Shown here one piece after another: positions 9,490-18,398 of a stretch of DNA of 60,904 nt. The stretch is from an uncultured Bacilli bacterium (lineage in GTDB: Bacteria > Bacillota_I > Bacilli_A > RF39 > UBA660), in contig CALVJW010000004.1 of NCBI GenBank assembly GCA_944332435.1, positions 1 through 60,904 on the forward strand, written 5' to 3'. A program made the position numbers and the translations under genes. The stretch's first letter is position 1. Each line of letters begins with the position of its first letter. A model generated the notes under the pieces. That model was not told where the DNA came from, made no database searches, and saw only the letters and a program-made list of their open reading frames with translations.

Positions 9490-10524
9490 ATGATGAATGA
9501 AAAATCAATGTTAAATGAACAAAAATTATTAAAATTATTAAAAGGTGGCTCAACATTAGTAGAAATGAAGCAAGAACTAGGGTACCATGATCAGCAACTT
9601 GCTATGAAACTTCAATCTTTAATCAATCGCGGATATTTAATTAAGCGAAATTATCATAATGATAAAGTAATTTTTACTTTAGTTTCAGATTTTAAACAAT
9701 TTTCACAGAAAGATACTTTGAGTTTTCGTTTTCATGGAGAAGAATTAAATTGTATTTTTATATCTGATACACATATTGGTTCTAATAGAGAACAACTGAA
9801 ATGTATAAAGAATGTTTATGAGTATGCGAATGAAAAAGCAATTCCTCATATTTTTCATCTTGGTGATTTAGTAGAGGGATATAACTTTAACTTTAAAAGT
9901 GTGAACCAATATCCTTTTTCTAGTACAGAAGAAATGGTACAACATCTTATCAAACATTATCCTAAGATAGATGATGTTACTACAACTGTATTATTAGGAA
10001 ATCATGATAAATATAGTATTCAATATGATTCTTTTGATATTCGAAATATGATATCACAGAAAAGAGCCGATATTCATTTTGTGGGATATAAGCATGCATT
10101 AATATCAGTTTTAGATAAAAACATTGTATTACAACATCCAAGTGGTAAAAAAACGAATGAAGATTATCACCGTGAATGTTTTAATCAATATCAAAATCAA
10201 AAAATAGATTTTATTTTTAGGGGACATTGTCATGAATCTAAAGTTTTTGATTTTGATGGAATTCATACAATTCATGTACCAGCAATGATTAAAGGTAAAA
10301 AACAAGTTGGTGCTTGGCAATGTACCTTTTTTGCTTCGGATAACAAGCGAATTGAAAGAGTTGTGTTGCAACCGCTTATAATTGAACCTGTTGTTTTTCC
10401 AATCACGGAATTTGTGATTGATTGTAAAGAAGATTTTGAAGAAGAGTTAGAAAATACTAAAGAAAGGTATTCAGGACTTTCTCAAATAGAAAGATTTAAT
10501 AAGCGATATCAAAAGAAAAAATAA
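9490..10524 (+). CDS. Winged-helix plus calcineurin-like metallophosphoesterase fusion protein
   Basis: N-terminal roughly 70 aa resembles a wHTH ('ELGYHDQQLAMKLQSLINRGYLIKR'). Phosphoesterase motifs 'ISDTHIG', 'GDLVEG', 'GNHD' and 'GHCH'. Confidence 0.7.
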   Translation: MMNEKSMLNEQKLLKLLKGGSTLVEMKQELGYHDQQLAMKLQSLINRGYLIKRNYHNDKVIFTLVSDFKQFSQKDTLSFRFHGEELNCIFISDTHIGSNREQLKCIKNVYEYANEKAIPHIFHLGDLVEGYNFNFKSVNQYPFSSTEEMVQHLIKHYPKIDDVTTTVLLGNHDKYSIQYDSFDIRNMISQKRADIHFVGYKHALISVLDKNIVLQHPSGKKTNEDYHRECFNQYQNQKIDFIFRGHCHESKVFDFDGIHTIHVPAMIKGKKQVGAWQCTFFASDNKRIERVVLQPLIIEPVVFPITEFVIDCKEDFEEELENTKERYSGLSQIERFNKRYQKKK

Positions 10525-10585
10525 CATAAAACTAGCATTTTATGTTTTTTTAGTGTAAAATGATTAATAGATAGAGTGGAGTGAG

Positions 10586-11560
10586 ATGATGGGCTTATTT
10601 GATAAATTTAAGAACATTCTAACAAAAAAAGAAGAACAAAAAGAAGTAGAAGTCTATGATAAAGGTTTAGAAAAGACTAGAAAGGAATTTACTTCTAAAT
10701 TAAATTTATTAACGATGAAATATAATCGTATTAATGAAGAATATTTTGAAGAATTAGAAGAAATTTTAATTATGGCTGATATTGGTGTTAATACTGTTAT
10801 GGATTTTATTGATAGATTAAAAAAGCGTGTTAAAAAAGAAAATATTACTTCTAGTGCGTTATTAAAAGAAATTATTGTTGATGAAATGTTTATTATTTAT
10901 GTAAATGGGGATATCATCGAAAGTAAAATTCATTATAGTCAAGATGGCCCTACAGTATTATTATTTGTTGGGGTAAATGGTGTAGGAAAAACGACAACAA
11001 TTGGAAAACTTGCACATAAATTGCAAATGGAAGGAAAAAAAGTACTCTTAATAGCGGGAGATACATTTCGAGCAGGAGCAGTAGAGCAAATTCAAGAGTG
11101 GGGTACTATAACAGATTCCGAAGTTGTGATGAAAGAAAATGCTGACCCATCTAGTGTTATTTATGATGGATTAGAAAAAGCAATGCAGGAACAATATGAT
11201 GTTGTATTAATTGATACAGCTGGTCGTCTACAAAATAAAGATAATCTAATGAAAGAATTAGATAAAATGAATAAGGTAATTGGTAAATTAATTCCAGGAG
11301 CACCACATGAAACATTACTTGTGATTGATGCGACAACAGGACAAAATGGAATTAGCCAAGCAAAAAGTTTTAAAGAAATTACGAATATTACAGGAATTGT
11401 TCTTTCTAAACTAGATGGTACTGCTAAAGGGGGAATTGTTCTTGCCATTAAAGAAGCAGTAGGAATACCAGTTAAATATATTGGACTTGGTGAAGGAAAA
11501 GATGATTTAAAAGTATTTGATATTGAAAAATATATCTATGGATTATTTAAAGATATTTAG
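10586..11560 (+). CDS. ftsY: Signal recognition particle receptor FtsY
   Basis: SRP GTPase motifs 'GVNGVGKTTT', 'DTAGR' and 'TKLDGTAKGG'. Confidence 0.93.
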   Translation: MMGLFDKFKNILTKKEEQKEVEVYDKGLEKTRKEFTSKLNLLTMKYNRINEEYFEELEEILIMADIGVNTVMDFIDRLKKRVKKENITSSALLKEIIVDEMFIIYVNGDIIESKIHYSQDGPTVLLFVGVNGVGKTTTIGKLAHKLQMEGKKVLLIAGDTFRAGAVEQIQEWGTITDSEVVMKENADPSSVIYDGLEKAMQEQYDVVLIDTAGRLQNKDNLMKELDKMNKVIGKLIPGAPHETLLVIDATTGQNGISQAKSFKEITNITGIVLSKLDGTAKGGIVLAIKEAVGIPVKYIGLGEGKDDLKVFDIEKYIYGLFKDI

Positions 11561-11570
11561 AGGGATGATA

Positions 11571-11861
11571 ATGGATAATCGATTATATTTAATCAATTTG
11601 TATGATTATTACAAAGAACTATTTACAGAAAAGCAACAGATTTATTTTGAAGAATATTATTTTGATAATCTTAGTTTACAAGAAGTAGCAGAAAATCATG
11701 AAGTAAGTAGGAATGCTGTTTTTAAGCAGGTAAAAGAAGTGGAAGAAAAGTTATTGTTATATGAAGATAAATTAAAATTGCTTGAAAAGGGAAATGAAAT
11801 AAGAAAATTATTAGAAAATTTAACAGAAGATAATAAAAAAAGAATAGAAGAATTAGTATAA
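11571..11861 (+). CDS. ylxM: YlxM (UPF0122) putative helix-turn-helix protein
   Basis: About 100 aa containing 'LSLQEVAENHEVSRNAVFKQVK', directly after ftsY as in Bacillus. Start chosen 6 nt after AGAGGG. Confidence 0.8.
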   Translation: MDNRLYLINLYDYYKELFTEKQQIYFEEYYFDNLSLQEVAENHEVSRNAVFKQVKEVEEKLLLYEDKLKLLEKGNEIRKLLENLTEDNKKRIEELV

Positions 11862-11876
11862 AAGGAAGGCGATATT

Positions 11877-13637
11877 ATGTTTGGAGAAATTCTTTATATT
11901 AGTGATACTGTTGCACATATTAAAATACCAGATGGTACACCGGTAGCAACGAATTTAATGAATATGCATGTTATTTTTGAAGATGAGAAAAAGAAGATTT
12001 TAGGAGAAGTAGAAGATATTAGTAAAGATATTATTAAGGTTCATTTCCTAGGGGAAATTGTTAATGGTAGGTTTGTTGGAGGAGTTATTCGTAAACCAAC
12101 TTTATCTGCTAACATTCGTATTATTTCTAAAGAGGAAGTAGCATTAATTGTTGGAGAAGATACACCAAGTAGTTTGTTACTTGGATATTCACCACTTTAT
12201 GATAATTATCCAGTTCGTGTTGATATTAATGACTTGTTTAGTAACCATATGGCAATTTTTGGAAATACAGGAAGTGGTAAATCATGTGGAGTAGCAAGAC
12301 TTTTACAAAATGTTTTTACAAATCCACACTTACCACCATTTCGTTCTAATTTCTTTATATTTGATGCTTACGGAGAATATCATAATGCATTTATGAATAT
12401 TAACCAAGTGAATCCTAACTTTAATTTTAAATTTTATACAACGAATGTAAAAGAAATGAATGGTGGCGAGATTTTACGTATTCCACCTTGGTTATTAGAT
12501 GTTGATGACTACGCATTATTACTAGGAGCAACGGAGCACTCTCAACTTCCAATTATTGAAAGAATGCTTAAATTAACGGCTATTTTTGCTGAAGATAGTG
12601 AAGATGCATTAAAATATAAAAATCACTTGATTGCGAAGGCAATTATGATGATTTTGTATACCAATCAAACATCCATGAGTAAGCGAAATGATATTTTCTC
12701 TATTCTTGCTACTTGTTCTACACCACAGTTTAATTTAGAAGCACCAGTACATGGAATTGGTTATACAAGAAAATTCCGTGAATGTTTTATTGTAGATAAA
12801 CAAGGAGATTTCGTAGAAAGTATCTTAGTAACAGAATATATTAGTGGATTTATAGATGAAGAATTAGATAAATATGAAGCAGCAACAGTTAATAAGTATA
12901 CATTAGTTGACTTGGAAAAAGCGCTAAACTTTACTTTAATTAGTGAGGGTTTACTTCGTAATGAAAAATCATATGGGGATGCGATTACGTTAAAAGTACG
13001 TTTACATGCACTTGTAATTGGTGAAAATGCTAAATTCTTTGATTATCCAAATTATATTACAGAAGAAAATTATATTGCGACACTTGTTGGAAAAAATGGA
13101 AAAAAAGCACAGATTATTAACTTTAACTTAGAAGATGTTGACGATTCTTTTGCTAAAGTTGTAACCAAAATTTATGCAAAAATGTTATTCCATTTTACAA
13201 AAAATTTAAAACAGCGTGCTGCGATTCCATTTCATATTTTCCTAGAAGAAGCACACCGTTATGTACAAAACGATACGGATAAATATTTAATCGGATATAA
13301 TATTTTTGAACGTGTCGCAAAGGAAGGTCGTAAATATGGATTAATTTTTAATCTTATTTCGCAAAGACCAGTTGAAATATCAGAAACTGTTATTTCACAA
13401 TGTACGAATTTTATGATATTTAAAATGAATCACCCAAGAGACTTAGAGTATATTAAAAAGATGCTTCCAAATGTTAGTGAAGAAGTAGTAGAGAAACAAA
13501 AAAGCTTACAACCAGGTACTTGTGTTGCTTTCGGGAAAGCATTTAAAGTTCCAATGATTATTCATATGGAAATGCCAAATCCTGAACCATCTAGTAGTAG
13601 CTGTAATATTGTTGGTACTTGGGGAACAGCAAGATAA
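11877..13637 (+). CDS. HerA/FtsK-like P-loop ATPase (DUF87 type), paralogue 2
   Basis: Walker A 'FGNTGSGKSCG' and 'FLEEAHRY'. Colinear with ORF 1197..3002 over its full length. Starts 15 nt after the ylxM stop. Confidence 0.8.
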   Translation: MFGEILYISDTVAHIKIPDGTPVATNLMNMHVIFEDEKKKILGEVEDISKDIIKVHFLGEIVNGRFVGGVIRKPTLSANIRIISKEEVALIVGEDTPSSLLLGYSPLYDNYPVRVDINDLFSNHMAIFGNTGSGKSCGVARLLQNVFTNPHLPPFRSNFFIFDAYGEYHNAFMNINQVNPNFNFKFYTTNVKEMNGGEILRIPPWLLDVDDYALLLGATEHSQLPIIERMLKLTAIFAEDSEDALKYKNHLIAKAIMMILYTNQTSMSKRNDIFSILATCSTPQFNLEAPVHGIGYTRKFRECFIVDKQGDFVESILVTEYISGFIDEELDKYEAATVNKYTLVDLEKALNFTLISEGLLRNEKSYGDAITLKVRLHALVIGENAKFFDYPNYITEENYIATLVGKNGKKAQIINFNLEDVDDSFAKVVTKIYAKMLFHFTKNLKQRAAIPFHIFLEEAHRYVQNDTDKYLIGYNIFERVAKEGRKYGLIFNLISQRPVEISETVISQCTNFMIFKMNHPRDLEYIKKMLPNVSEEVVEKQKSLQPGTCVAFGKAFKVPMIIHMEMPNPEPSSSSCNIVGTWGTAR

Positions 13638-13659
13638 AGAAATGTTAGCATTTCTTTTT
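13636..13659 (+). terminator. Rho-independent terminator after HerA-like paralogue 2
   Basis: AAAGAAATG-TTAG-CATTTCTTT hairpin followed by TT. Confidence 0.7.
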
Positions 13660-13750
13660 GTTTGAAAATTCAATTTAAAAATCTTGTATTCTTGACTTTT
13701 TTTCTCTTTTCTGTTAGTATATTAAAGCGTTGAGAGAGTAGTGTGATAAT

Positions 13751-14137
13751 ATGGTATTAAAAAATAAAACTGTTTTATCAAAGGGTGAAGAGCGATATAA
13801 AGTAAAAAATTTATATATTGGTAGATTAAATTTTATGGATATTGATCCAGTAACTGGAAGAAAAGTACATTTTGAAGATTCTTCTTATTCAGCTTTTTAT
13901 AAAAAAGGACAAGATTATGATTATCAAATTATATCTCGTTCTAAGAAAGATAATCGTGATAGACCAATTTCTACTCCAATTGTAAGAGAAAAAGTATTAC
14001 CTTTAAAAGAAGATTTCTTTGTTGATTCTTTAGAACCAATAAGATATTATACAGATGAATATGAAATTACGATGAAGGATATTCATAATATTTTATTAAA
14101 TAAAAATAAAGTACCAAAAGTAAAAACTTTAAGATAG
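13751..14137 (+). CDS. Hypothetical protein (128 aa)
   Basis: ORF with no recognisable motif. A hairpin (AGTATGCA..TGCATACT plus T tract) follows the stop. Confidence 0.5.
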   Translation: MVLKNKTVLSKGEERYKVKNLYIGRLNFMDIDPVTGRKVHFEDSSYSAFYKKGQDYDYQIISRSKKDNRDRPISTPIVREKVLPLKEDFFVDSLEPIRYYTDEYEITMKDIHNILLNKNKVPKVKTLR

Positions 14138-14214
14138 TATGCAAATGCATACTTTTTCTTTTGTTTTCTAGCCTTTTTTAGTATTTTATTATATAATAGA
14201 AAAAGGTGATAATT

Positions 14215-15522
14215 ATGTTTGAAAGTTTAGGAGATAGATTACAAAACGCTGTAGATAAAATGCGTGGTTATGGAAAAATAACGGAATCTAATATTAATGA
14301 TATTACAAGAGAAATTAGACTTGCTTTATTAGAAGCAGATGTTAACTATAAAGTAGTAAAAGAATTTGTAAATAATGTAAAAGAAAAAGCCCTTGGAGAA
14401 GAAGTACAAAAGAGTTTAAAACCAAGTGAACAGTTTGTTAAAATTTTAAAAGATGAATTAGTAGAATTATTAGGTGGCGAAAAAAAAGATTTAGTATTAA
14501 ATGGAAACCCTACCATTCTAATGTTAGTTGGTCTTCAAGGTAGTGGTAAAACTACTACAATTGGGAAACTTGCTAATTTACTTCGTAAAAAACATGGTAA
14601 AAAACCATTACTTGTCGCATGTGATGTATATCGTCCAGCTGCCATCGATCAGTTGAAACAAATTGGAAAAGAATTAAATATTGAAGTATATTCCGAAGGA
14701 AAAGGAAATCCTGTTGAAATTAGTAATCATGCGATTTCGTATGCAAAAGAAAATGGTTATAATTATGTTTTAATTGATACTGCAGGTAGACTTCATATTG
14801 ATGATGCACTAATGGAAGAATTAGAAAATATTCATACATCTATTCATCCAGATGAAATCTTACTTGTGGTAGATAGTATGACAGGACAAGATGCTATTAA
14901 TGTGATTGAAGGATTTAATAATAAACTTCCTCTTACTGGTGCAGTGTTAACAAAATTAGATGGAGATACTCGTGGTGGTGCTGCTCTTTCTATTCGTCAT
15001 TTAACCAATGTTCCAATTAAATTTATTGGGGTTAGTGAAAAGATGTATGGATTACAAGAATTTCATCCAGAACGTATGGCAACTCGTATCTTAGGTATGG
15101 GAGATATTATGACGATGCTTGAAAAAGCCGAAGAAGTAATTGATGCCGATGAAGCGATGAAAGCAGCTAAGAAGATGCAAAAGGGTGATTTTGATTTAGA
15201 GGATTTCTTAAATCAACTTCATCAAATTAAAAAGTTAGGGCCACTTGAAAATTTACTGAAAATGATACCTGGTGCTAAGAAAATGGGACTTAATAATATT
15301 AAAGTAGATCCGAAAGATTTAGCTCATGTAGAAGCGATTATTCAATCGATGACACCATATGAAAGAAGACATCCAGAATGCTTAAAAGCGAGTCGTAAAA
15401 AAAGAATTGCAGCTGGTAGTGCACGTAGTGTTGAAGAAGTAAATCGTTTATTAAAGCAATTTGAAGAGATGAAAAAAATGATGAAACAATTAAAAAATGG
15501 TAATTTTAAAATGCCATTTTAG
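14215..15522 (+). CDS. ffh: Signal recognition particle protein Ffh
   Basis: 'MFESLGDRLQ' N-terminus, 'GLQGSGKTTT', 'DTAGR', 'TKLDGDTRGG' and a Met-rich M domain. Confidence 0.95.
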   Translation: MFESLGDRLQNAVDKMRGYGKITESNINDITREIRLALLEADVNYKVVKEFVNNVKEKALGEEVQKSLKPSEQFVKILKDELVELLGGEKKDLVLNGNPTILMLVGLQGSGKTTTIGKLANLLRKKHGKKPLLVACDVYRPAAIDQLKQIGKELNIEVYSEGKGNPVEISNHAISYAKENGYNYVLIDTAGRLHIDDALMEELENIHTSIHPDEILLVVDSMTGQDAINVIEGFNNKLPLTGAVLTKLDGDTRGGAALSIRHLTNVPIKFIGVSEKMYGLQEFHPERMATRILGMGDIMTMLEKAEEVIDADEAMKAAKKMQKGDFDLEDFLNQLHQIKKLGPLENLLKMIPGAKKMGLNNIKVDPKDLAHVEAIIQSMTPYERRHPECLKASRKKRIAAGSARSVEEVNRLLKQFEEMKKMMKQLKNGNFKMPF

Positions 15523-15533
15523 GGAGAAAATAT

Positions 15534-16781
15534 ATGGTAAAAAGAAGTACAGAAAAAAGCTATTTTATTAAAAATGATAAAAATTATTCGAATTTAATTG
15601 AATTATGGTTTGATATTGATTCTAGTGATGATTTTATAGCAATACGAAAAATTTTACCAACGTTACTTTTAAGTACTAGTAAAAAATATCCCAATGAACA
15701 ACAAATGGAAAAAGAATATATGCGAAATTATATTATTAACGCATCTTCTGGTGTTATTGAAGTAGGGGAAAATAAATTTTATACATTTCAATTAAAAATT
15801 CCACAAAAGAAGAGAGTAAAAGATTTTGACATAAAAAAAGCACTTTCATTCTTTTTAGATAGTATTTATTTTCCACAAATAAATGATAATGAATTTGTAA
15901 AGTTTAATGAAAAGAAAGAACAATTGCAAAGAGAAATCCAGCATATTTATAAATCAAAGTATAAATTATCATGGGAAGAATTATATCAAGAGTTGGATGA
16001 AGATGGAACTTTAACAGACAAACTTTTTCATCATCAAGAACAGTTAGAATATTTGAATAATCAAGATACTTACCATTATTATTATAAATTGATTCATTCT
16101 CATAAACCATTTATTTTTCTATACGGAAATGAAGAATTAAAAGAAGCAGAAGTATATTTAAATGATTTTTATAAAGATTATCAACCTCGTATTGTATCTT
16201 TAGAAAGAAAAATGCATTTTTTAACACTAAATGAGGAGATAAAAATTATAGAAACAGAAAAACCATATAATGAATCTTTACTATATATGGTATATAAAGT
16301 AGAAAATATGAAAGATGAGGATCGAATTTTAGTAAAAACGATATCCAGCATTTTAGACTCTAATGTAACAAAAATTTTATTTAACAAACTTAGAATAAAA
16401 GAAAAATTAGTATATTGGACGAATTCTGAATCTTTTTCTACGTACGGGATGTTTATTATTGGAGCTGGTATTGATAAAAATAACAAACAGTTAGCAATTG
16501 AAAAAGTAAAAGAATTATTTTGTGAGATTAACAAAATTGAAGTAATTGATAATGCATTAAAACAATTGCGAGAAAATGGAGAATGCTTTTTTATTCGCTC
16601 TCTAGATTCTTTTTATTATGAATATAATAAAAAAACTACTAAATATTTTGGAATTGGAGAAACACAAGAGGAGCAGTTTAATCAAGCGAAACAAGTTACA
16701 GCAGAACAAGTGTTAGCTTTTTTATCAAGAATAAAATTAGATACGATAGATTTTGTTAAGGGGGTAGAAGATGCAAAGTAA
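15534..16781 (+). CDS. M16 (pitrilysin) family protein, non-catalytic member of pair 1
   Basis: About 415 aa, overlaps the next M16 gene by 11 nt, and has no HxxEH motif. Assigned by pairing and size. Confidence 0.55.
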   Translation: MVKRSTEKSYFIKNDKNYSNLIELWFDIDSSDDFIAIRKILPTLLLSTSKKYPNEQQMEKEYMRNYIINASSGVIEVGENKFYTFQLKIPQKKRVKDFDIKKALSFFLDSIYFPQINDNEFVKFNEKKEQLQREIQHIYKSKYKLSWEELYQELDEDGTLTDKLFHHQEQLEYLNNQDTYHYYYKLIHSHKPFIFLYGNEELKEAEVYLNDFYKDYQPRIVSLERKMHFLTLNEEIKIIETEKPYNESLLYMVYKVENMKDEDRILVKTISSILDSNVTKILFNKLRIKEKLVYWTNSESFSTYGMFIIGAGIDKNNKQLAIEKVKELFCEINKIEVIDNALKQLRENGECFFIRSLDSFYYEYNKKTTKYFGIGETQEEQFNQAKQVTAEQVLAFLSRIKLDTIDFVKGVEDAK

Positions 16782-18018
16782 AATGAACTTTTATGAGTTA
16801 GATAATGGACTTAAATTGTATTTTTATCCTGATTATACAAAGCATTCTGTGATGGTAAATTTAATTGTTAAATTTGGTGGTATTTATTCTGATTATATGA
16901 TCGATGGTAAACATTATCATTTAGTAGATGGAATGGCTCATTTGTTAGAACATTATACGATTGAGCAAAGTAAGTACGGAATTATAATTTCAGAATTAAC
17001 CAAACGATTTATGAAGGCAAATGGATATACCAATCGTAATCGTACCGTTTATTATTTTGATGCAGTTAAATATACTGATGAAGGATTAAATTTATTATTA
17101 AAAGGAATTCATAGCCCTGTTTTTACGGAAGAACGATTATCTTTTACAAAAAATTCTATTCGTGAAGAAATTCGTGCTGATCAAGATTCTCTTAATTCAA
17201 GGATGAATCAAATAAAAATGGATCAATTATTTAAAAAATATTCATATCGTAGTACAATTGGTACAATTGAACAAATAAATAATATTACGATTCAAGATGT
17301 TGAAAATGCTTTTTATTCTTTTTATCAACCAGCAAATGAGATAATTGTTGTAGCTGGAAATTTCAACGAAAAAGAGATGTTAGAAAAGATTAAAACATTA
17401 TATCAAGAACTTAATTTTGTTTCTCATAAAGTAGAATTGGAAAAACTAAAAGAGCCAAAAGAGGTAAATAAAAAAGAAGATACTTTATATTTTCCGACTG
17501 CTCGACCTATCTATGAACTTACTTTTAAAGTGCCGGTTCATCATATGAGTGTAGAACAAAAGATGAAATTAGATTGGTATCTACCTATTTTTTTAGATAT
17601 GAATTTTGGTATTTTATCTCCTGTTCAACAAAAATTAAGAAATGAAAAAATAATTGATCATTCAATTCAAAATTCTTTTTCAATTTTTGAAGATTATTGG
17701 TTAATTCAAATTGGTTCTTATACTGAACAAAAAGAAGTATTTAAAAAAGAAATTTTTAATGTTTTAAAAACACCTGTTGTTGATAAAGAAATTTATGATT
17801 TATCAATTAATGAAAGTAAAATGTATGTGTCATTACGCCCAGAACAGTTAAATATAATAGTGCCACCATTTATTGAGAACTTAATTATGTTTAGTTATCC
17901 TTATTTAGATAAAGTTGAATATCTGGATACATTTTCTTTCGATGAATATTTAAATATGATAAATCAATTAGATTTTTCTTCTTTCATTGAAACAGAAGTA
18001 ATTGATACGGAGAAGTAA
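16771..18018 (+). CDS. M16 (pitrilysin) family zinc peptidase, catalytic member of pair 1
   Basis: Inverted zinc motif 'GMAHLLEH' near the N-terminus; 415 aa. Confidence 0.8.
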   Translation: MQSKMNFYELDNGLKLYFYPDYTKHSVMVNLIVKFGGIYSDYMIDGKHYHLVDGMAHLLEHYTIEQSKYGIIISELTKRFMKANGYTNRNRTVYYFDAVKYTDEGLNLLLKGIHSPVFTEERLSFTKNSIREEIRADQDSLNSRMNQIKMDQLFKKYSYRSTIGTIEQINNITIQDVENAFYSFYQPANEIIVVAGNFNEKEMLEKIKTLYQELNFVSHKVELEKLKEPKEVNKKEDTLYFPTARPIYELTFKVPVHHMSVEQKMKLDWYLPIFLDMNFGILSPVQQKLRNEKIIDHSIQNSFSIFEDYWLIQIGSYTEQKEVFKKEIFNVLKTPVVDKEIYDLSINESKMYVSLRPEQLNIIVPPFIENLIMFSYPYLDKVEYLDTFSFDEYLNMINQLDFSSFIETEVIDTEK

Positions 18019-18112
18019 TTTACTTCTTTTTTTCTTTTATAAGGCAAATACCATATGCATAAATATACCTTGTTCATAAGATACATTAGATAAAGAAGGG
18101 AGAGAGAGGATT

Positions 18113-18262
18113 ATGTTTGGAAGACGTAGATGTTGCTGTAATCCTGGAATGGGTTTTGGAATGAATCAAGGACAATGTGGATGCAATCCACAACCAATTG
18201 TAGAACCTGCAATTAATAAATGTATTGAAAGAGAATTCTGTCATGAAGTACAACAAGATTGA
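18113..18262 (+). pseudogene. cotD: 5' segment of a split CotD-like spore coat protein gene (49 codons, then a premature TGA inside the insert)
   Basis: GGGAGAGAGAGGA RBS then ATG. Encodes 'MFGRRRCCCNPG...QPIVEPAINKCIEREFCHEVQQ', which is colinear with the N-terminal half of Bacillus CotD proteins ('P.IVHPTKCCV.H.F', from memory). Too short to appear in the ORF track. Confidence 0.75.
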
Positions 18263-18264
18263 TA

Positions 18265-18276
18265 ATTTATGATAGA
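18265..18276 (+). repeat. Left terminal inverted repeat ATTTATGATAGA
   Basis: Exact reverse complement of 22292..22303; lies 7 nt inside the left CAAG core. Confidence 0.85.
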
Positions 18277-18398
18277 CCAAATAAAATGAGATGAAATAAG
18301 TACGAAATAGAAGGCATTTTGATGAAGAATGTCTTTTTGTATGATATAATAGTTGTGTGTATATATAAATTATCGTGAAATTAAAAGAGGTGTAATAA

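Noticed and set aside
18075-18083. Sigma-K-type promoter for the cotD-like gene (CATAAGATA matches the -10 consensus CATAnnnTA)
   Set aside because: Only the -10 element matches. There is no AC dinucleotide at the expected 16-17 bp upstream, and 9-mers like this are frequent in AT-rich DNA. I keep it as a hint, not a feature.
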